Shown here in pieces: positions 60,195 through 64,000 of a DNA stretch of 64,000 nucleotides. The notes under the pieces were generated by a model. It saw nothing but the letters and a program-made list of their open reading frames with translations. It was not told where the DNA came from and ran no database searches. This stretch comes from Thermodesulfobacteriota bacterium (lineage in GTDB: Bacteria; Desulfobacterota_D; UBA1144; Nemesobacterales; Nemesobacteraceae). The position numbers and the translations under genes were made by a program. Within the stretch, counting starts at the first letter, position 1; each line of letters opens with the position of its first letter. The DNA is taken from contig OZ252213.1 in the NCBI GenBank assembly GCA_965249045.1, positions 9,329 through 73,328 on the forward strand, in the 5' to 3' direction.

Positions 60195-61190
60195 ATGAAA
60201 GCCATTATATATCACGAATTCGGAGGAGTCGATGTTCTTAAGTACGAAGAGGTAAGCAATCCGCAGCTCGGGCCGGGAGAAGTCCTGGTAGAGGTAAAAT
60301 CCTCTTCAATAAATTTCATCGATCTTAGGCTTAGAAGCGGGAAATCACCCCGTCCAGTGCCTCTGCCGCATGTTGGAGGAGTAGATGTAGCGGGTATTGT
60401 CTGCGAGAAAAGCGATGACGTGTCCGACGTGGAGACGGGCCAGCGGGTCATGATCATGCCGGCGGTGCGCTCGGAGAGAGGCCTTGAGATAGTCGGGGTC
60501 AACCTCCACGGAGGATTTGCCGAATACATAAAGATTCCTTCGTCGAACGTGGTCGCGATCCCAGAAGGGCTTTCTTTTGATGACGCGGCGACTCTTCCCA
60601 CCTGCTACGTTACCGCCTGGTACGCCTTTTGCGAAAGAGCAAATATCGGCAAGGGAGAGACGGTGCTCGTGCACGCGGCGGGAAGCGGAACGGGAAGCGC
60701 GGCGATCCAGGTAGCCAAGCTTTTCGATTCTTTCGTTATAGCTACCGCGGGAAGTGACGAAAAACTTGAAAAGGCAAAAGAAATCGGGGCTGACGTCACA
60801 ATAAATTACAACTCCTCGGATCTCGGAGAGGAGCTAAAGCAAGTTACTAAAACGCATAAAATAAACATGATCTTCGACCCCGTGGGGGCTTCGGTCTGGA
60901 AAGAAAACACCCAGTATATTGCCCCGAGGGGAAAACTTCTGCTGATCGGCGTCGCGGGAGGCGGGGTTACTGAAGCATCCATCGGTCCACTTATAATGAA
61001 AGATCTCTCGGTACTCGGAGTAACGGTGTTTAACGCACGAGTGGAACATTTCGAAAAAGTCGCGCAGCTTGCCGAGGAAGGGGCTCTTAAACCTTGGATA
61101 CACAACAAGTTTCACCTTAGCGAAGCCGCGGCGGCGCAGAAAATTCTTGAAGACCGCCAGCAATTCGGAAAAGTCATTCTCAACCCGTAA
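60195..61190 (+). CDS. Zinc-independent MDR-superfamily NAD(P)H quinone oxidoreductase
   Basis: MKAIIYHEFGGVDVLKYEEV...GEVLV. Cofactor-binding motif AAGSGTGSAAIQ. Confidence 0.85.
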   Translation: MKAIIYHEFGGVDVLKYEEVSNPQLGPGEVLVEVKSSSINFIDLRLRSGKSPRPVPLPHVGGVDVAGIVCEKSDDVSDVETGQRVMIMPAVRSERGLEIVGVNLHGGFAEYIKIPSSNVVAIPEGLSFDDAATLPTCYVTAWYAFCERANIGKGETVLVHAAGSGTGSAAIQVAKLFDSFVIATAGSDEKLEKAKEIGADVTINYNSSDLGEELKQVTKTHKINMIFDPVGASVWKENTQYIAPRGKLLLIGVAGGGVTEASIGPLIMKDLSVLGVTVFNARVEHFEKVAQLAEEGALKPWIHNKFHLSEAAAAQKILEDRQQFGKVILNP

Positions 61191-61210
61191 GGAAAAGCCG
61201 GGGGTTCAAG

Positions 61211-62065
61211 GTGAGTATCAAAAATCTGTTTGCGGCGGTTCTGCTTGTCCTGACCGTCGCGCCTGTGGCGTGCCTGGCGAGAACACCCTGCCCCAAAAAC
61301 ATAATCTCGCTTACTTTAGCCTCAGACGAAATACTCGTTGACATTGTCGGTGACAGAAAAAAGATAGCCGCGCTCACCTATTTCTCGACAGACCCGCTGA
61401 TTTCAAACGTAGTGGAGAAAGCACAGGGAATTCCGCAGGTCCGGGCGAACCTCGAACAGGTAATCACGAAATCTCCCGATCTCGTGATACTCGCGAGCCA
61501 CACGAACCCGAACATACGCGCGCACCTTGAGGCGGCAGGAATAAAGGTGCTTGTGCTCCACAAAATCGTCTCGCTTGAGAGCATAAAAAAGAACATAAAG
61601 ATGTTGGGAGATGCGGTCTGCGAGGGGACCGCGGCAAAAACCCTCGTAGAGAACATGGAAAAACAGGTCGCAGACGCCAGAGCGAAAATCCCTCCGGACG
61701 CAAAAGCCCCGACGGTTCTTTTTTACGGAGCTCCCGGGTTTACAGTCGGCAAACACACGACCGTAAACGATATAATAGAAAGTTCCGGAGCCATCAATCT
61801 TCCGGCCCGACTCGGGCTAAGCGGATACAGCAACATATCGACTGAGTACGTAATCCAAAACAACCCTGACCTGGTTCTTACAAGTAGTTATAATCCTTCT
61901 CACCCGGACTTTGTCGGCCAGATGTTCCAAAATTCCGCTTTCAGGGACAAAAAGATTATAGTCGTCGCGGGAAAGCATCTGGACGCCGCGTCTCATTACG
62001 CGGCGCAGGCCGTAATCGATCTGGTGAACTTGATTTTCAGAACGCAAAACAATGCCGATCGGTAA
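61211..62065 (+). CDS. ABC transporter substrate-binding protein, class III (TroA/BtuF/FhuD-like)
   Basis: Signal peptide. Two-lobe Peripla_BP_2 pattern. Start overlaps the downstream permease gene. Confidence 0.8.
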   Translation: MSIKNLFAAVLLVLTVAPVACLARTPCPKNIISLTLASDEILVDIVGDRKKIAALTYFSTDPLISNVVEKAQGIPQVRANLEQVITKSPDLVILASHTNPNIRAHLEAAGIKVLVLHKIVSLESIKKNIKMLGDAVCEGTAAKTLVENMEKQVADARAKIPPDAKAPTVLFYGAPGFTVGKHTTVNDIIESSGAINLPARLGLSGYSNISTEYVIQNNPDLVLTSSYNPSHPDFVGQMFQNSAFRDKKIIVVAGKHLDAASHYAAQAVIDLVNLIFRTQNNADR

Positions 62066-63089
62066 AAAAACGCTTTCCGTATACGTAATACTCGCTTCCC
62101 TTCTTGTGTTAACCGTCGTCGCATGCGTCTCGCTCGGGGCGGTGAGCGTTCCGTTTGACGATGTATTCCGCGTAATAGCTGGCAAATTACTCTGGTTAGA
62201 TGCAGAAGCGGGGATTGAAAAATCACATGAACTTATCGTATGGAACGTGAGGCTTCCGAGGGTTCTGCTCGCCGCGACCATAGGTGGAGGTCTCTCAATT
62301 GTAGGAGCGGTAATGCAGGCGATGTTCAGAAATCCTCTGGCTGAGCCCGGAATACTGGGCTGGTCAAGCGGAGGAGCGTTTTTCGCCGTCTTGGCTATCT
62401 ACACCGGTATTTACCAGCGGTGGTTTCTCCTGCTCCCTCTTGTCGCTTTCGCAGGCACCCTTCTCACGGCATATACGGTCTATGGAATATCCCGCTACAG
62501 GGGGTTTGTCGAGAACACGACACTTCTTCTCTGCGGAGTAGCCCTTGGAACGCTTTTTGTCTCTCTTACGACTTTTGTGCTTTCTGTATCAAACGCATGG
62601 TCCATGAAGGAAATGCTTTTCTGGATAATGGGCGGAGTCGACTCGCGCACATGGACGCATTTCGCGATGGCAGCAGCGCCAGTGCTCACCGCCTCGATCA
62701 TACTGCTTTTTTACGCGAAGAACCTAAACGCAAGACTCCTTGGCTACGAAACGGCCAAGACCCTAGGCGTTGACATCGAAAAAACGACAAGACACCTGAT
62801 AGTTCTCAGTTCCCTTATAGTCGGAGCAAGTGTGGCGGTAAGCGGTATCGTAGGATTCGTCGGACTTATAATCCCGCACTCAGTAAGACTCATAATCGGA
62901 GTGGACCATCGACGGCTTCTGCCCGCGAGTTTTATCGCGGGAGCCATTTTTTTGCCCGTAGCTGACCTTATAGCAAGAACCGTTATGAGCCCTCAGGAAC
63001 TGCGGCTCGGAATAATTACTTCTTTTATCGGAGTTCCTTTCTTTGTGTTTCTGCTGAGGCGAAATTTCAGCGGAAAAGGAATCGCATAA
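62052..63089 (+). CDS. ABC transporter permease, FecCD/BtuC family
   Basis: About 10 TM helices with the FecCD conserved region. Confidence 0.85.
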   Translation: MPIGKKTLSVYVILASLLVLTVVACVSLGAVSVPFDDVFRVIAGKLLWLDAEAGIEKSHELIVWNVRLPRVLLAATIGGGLSIVGAVMQAMFRNPLAEPGILGWSSGGAFFAVLAIYTGIYQRWFLLLPLVAFAGTLLTAYTVYGISRYRGFVENTTLLLCGVALGTLFVSLTTFVLSVSNAWSMKEMLFWIMGGVDSRTWTHFAMAAAPVLTASIILLFYAKNLNARLLGYETAKTLGVDIEKTTRHLIVLSSLIVGASVAVSGIVGFVGLIIPHSVRLIIGVDHRRLLPASFIAGAIFLPVADLIARTVMSPQELRLGIITSFIGVPFFVFLLRRNFSGKGIA

Positions 63090-63090
63090 A

Positions 63091-63864
63091 ATGCAAAAAG
63101 AAAAACAATCCATAAAGGCATCGGAATTGAGTTACGGCGTAAACGGGAAAACAATAGTTGCCGACGCAAGCTTTGAGATCGAAAAAAACGAGTTTCTTTG
63201 TGTAATAGGCCCTAACGGAGCAGGAAAGTCCACGCTTCTTCGGCTTCTCACCCGGATACTCAACCCCTCGGAGGGCCGCATACTGCTTGACGGAAAAGAT
63301 CTCCGCCAGTACGAGGCAAAAAAGCTTTACAGAAAAATATCGTTTCTCCCCCAGACATCCTATTTCGATTTTCCGCTAAGCGTACTTGAGGTAGTGCTCA
63401 CGGGGAGATATCCGTATCTCGGAATTCTCGAGAGCGAGAGCGAAGAGGATATAAAACGAGCCGAGGACTGTCTTTCGCTTGTAGACATGGAGGGGTTTTC
63501 TCAAAGAAAAGTAACGACGCTTTCGGGAGGAGAGCAGCAGAGGGTGTCGATCGCGAGGGTGCTTGCGCAGGAAACGGATTTTATTTTCCTTGACGAACCC
63601 TCTTCCCACCTCGACATACATCACAAGTTCGCTCTCATGGAGCTGCTCAGATCAATCGCGCGGAAAGGAAAAGGAGTCGTCGCGGTTCTCCATGATCTGA
63701 GTCTTGCCAGCAGGTTCTGCGACAGGGTGCTTGTGCTTGAAAACGGACGGACCGTCGCCCTTGGGGAACCGTCGCGTGTGCTTTCCGAAAAACTTCTCTC
63801 ATCGGTATTCAAAGTAAAGGGTTCCCGGGATCCGGGAAACGGAAATCTTTTTGTTTTCCGTTAA
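63091..63864 (+). CDS. ABC transporter ATP-binding protein (FecE/BtuD-like)
   Basis: Walker A GPNGAGKST, signature LSGGEQQR, Walker B FIFLDEP. Confidence 0.9.
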   Translation: MQKEKQSIKASELSYGVNGKTIVADASFEIEKNEFLCVIGPNGAGKSTLLRLLTRILNPSEGRILLDGKDLRQYEAKKLYRKISFLPQTSYFDFPLSVLEVVLTGRYPYLGILESESEEDIKRAEDCLSLVDMEGFSQRKVTTLSGGEQQRVSIARVLAQETDFIFLDEPSSHLDIHHKFALMELLRSIARKGKGVVAVLHDLSLASRFCDRVLVLENGRTVALGEPSRVLSEKLLSSVFKVKGSRDPGNGNLFVFR

Positions 63865-63912
63865 ATACAAGGGGAGTAAAAATCGGGTTTTTATATTTTT
63901 CGACCGGTAAAT

Positions 63913-63940
63913 TTGACAAAAAAATCCGATTAAATATATT
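63913..63940 (+). promoter_or_regulatory. Sigma70-type promoter of the downstream tRNA gene
   Basis: TTGACA, 16 nt spacer, TATATT, ending 19 nt before the tRNA 5' end. Confidence 0.4.
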
Positions 63941-63959
63941 CTGTTGCCTAGTTTTATTA

Positions 63960-64000
<41 letters not shown>

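Overview
This 64-kb window is part of a diderm (Gram-negative-type) bacterial chromosome, roughly 50% GC and densely coded, and most of it is core genome. From 5' to 3' the contents are: proB; tRNA-Gly; a sirtuin/GST/thioesterase/gyrA block; a lipoprotein gene; an intact IS256-family insertion sequence inserted at the start codon of an rsmD-coaD operon; an aspartate aminotransferase; a roughly 1.4-kb gene-poor AT-rich region with repeated GGA-containing motifs; an orphan LivK-like binding-protein gene; two tandem tRNA-Ala genes; a nitrogen-regulation supercluster (hom-ntrB-ntrC, rnc, glnB-glnA); a frameshifted VOC gene; tRNA-Leu; a nine-gene type II secretion operon (gspC-D-E-F-G-H-I-J-K) headed by a BtrH-like papain-fold gene and lacking gspL/M/O; a DAACS symporter; ruvX; a hydrolase; a TonB-dependent receptor; a Trm112-like gene; tig-clpP-clpX preceded by a DUF4160/DUF2442 pair; an extracytoplasmic iron-uptake/flavinylation cluster (cytochrome c-FTR1 fusion, porin, FMN-binding protein with ApbE flavinylation motif, a small His-rich membrane protein, ApbE); tRNA-Leu and tRNA-Lys; an MscS-like channel; a tandem M16 peptidase; pssA-psd-ilvC-ilvN; grxD-bolA; CBS, ArfB, SNase-like nuclease, YeiH-like, Qor; a TroA/BtuF-type ABC importer; and the 5' part of a tRNA(CAT). 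No CRISPR array and no obvious prophage. Every family assignment rests on my reading of the translated ORFs and motif recall, not on database searches.
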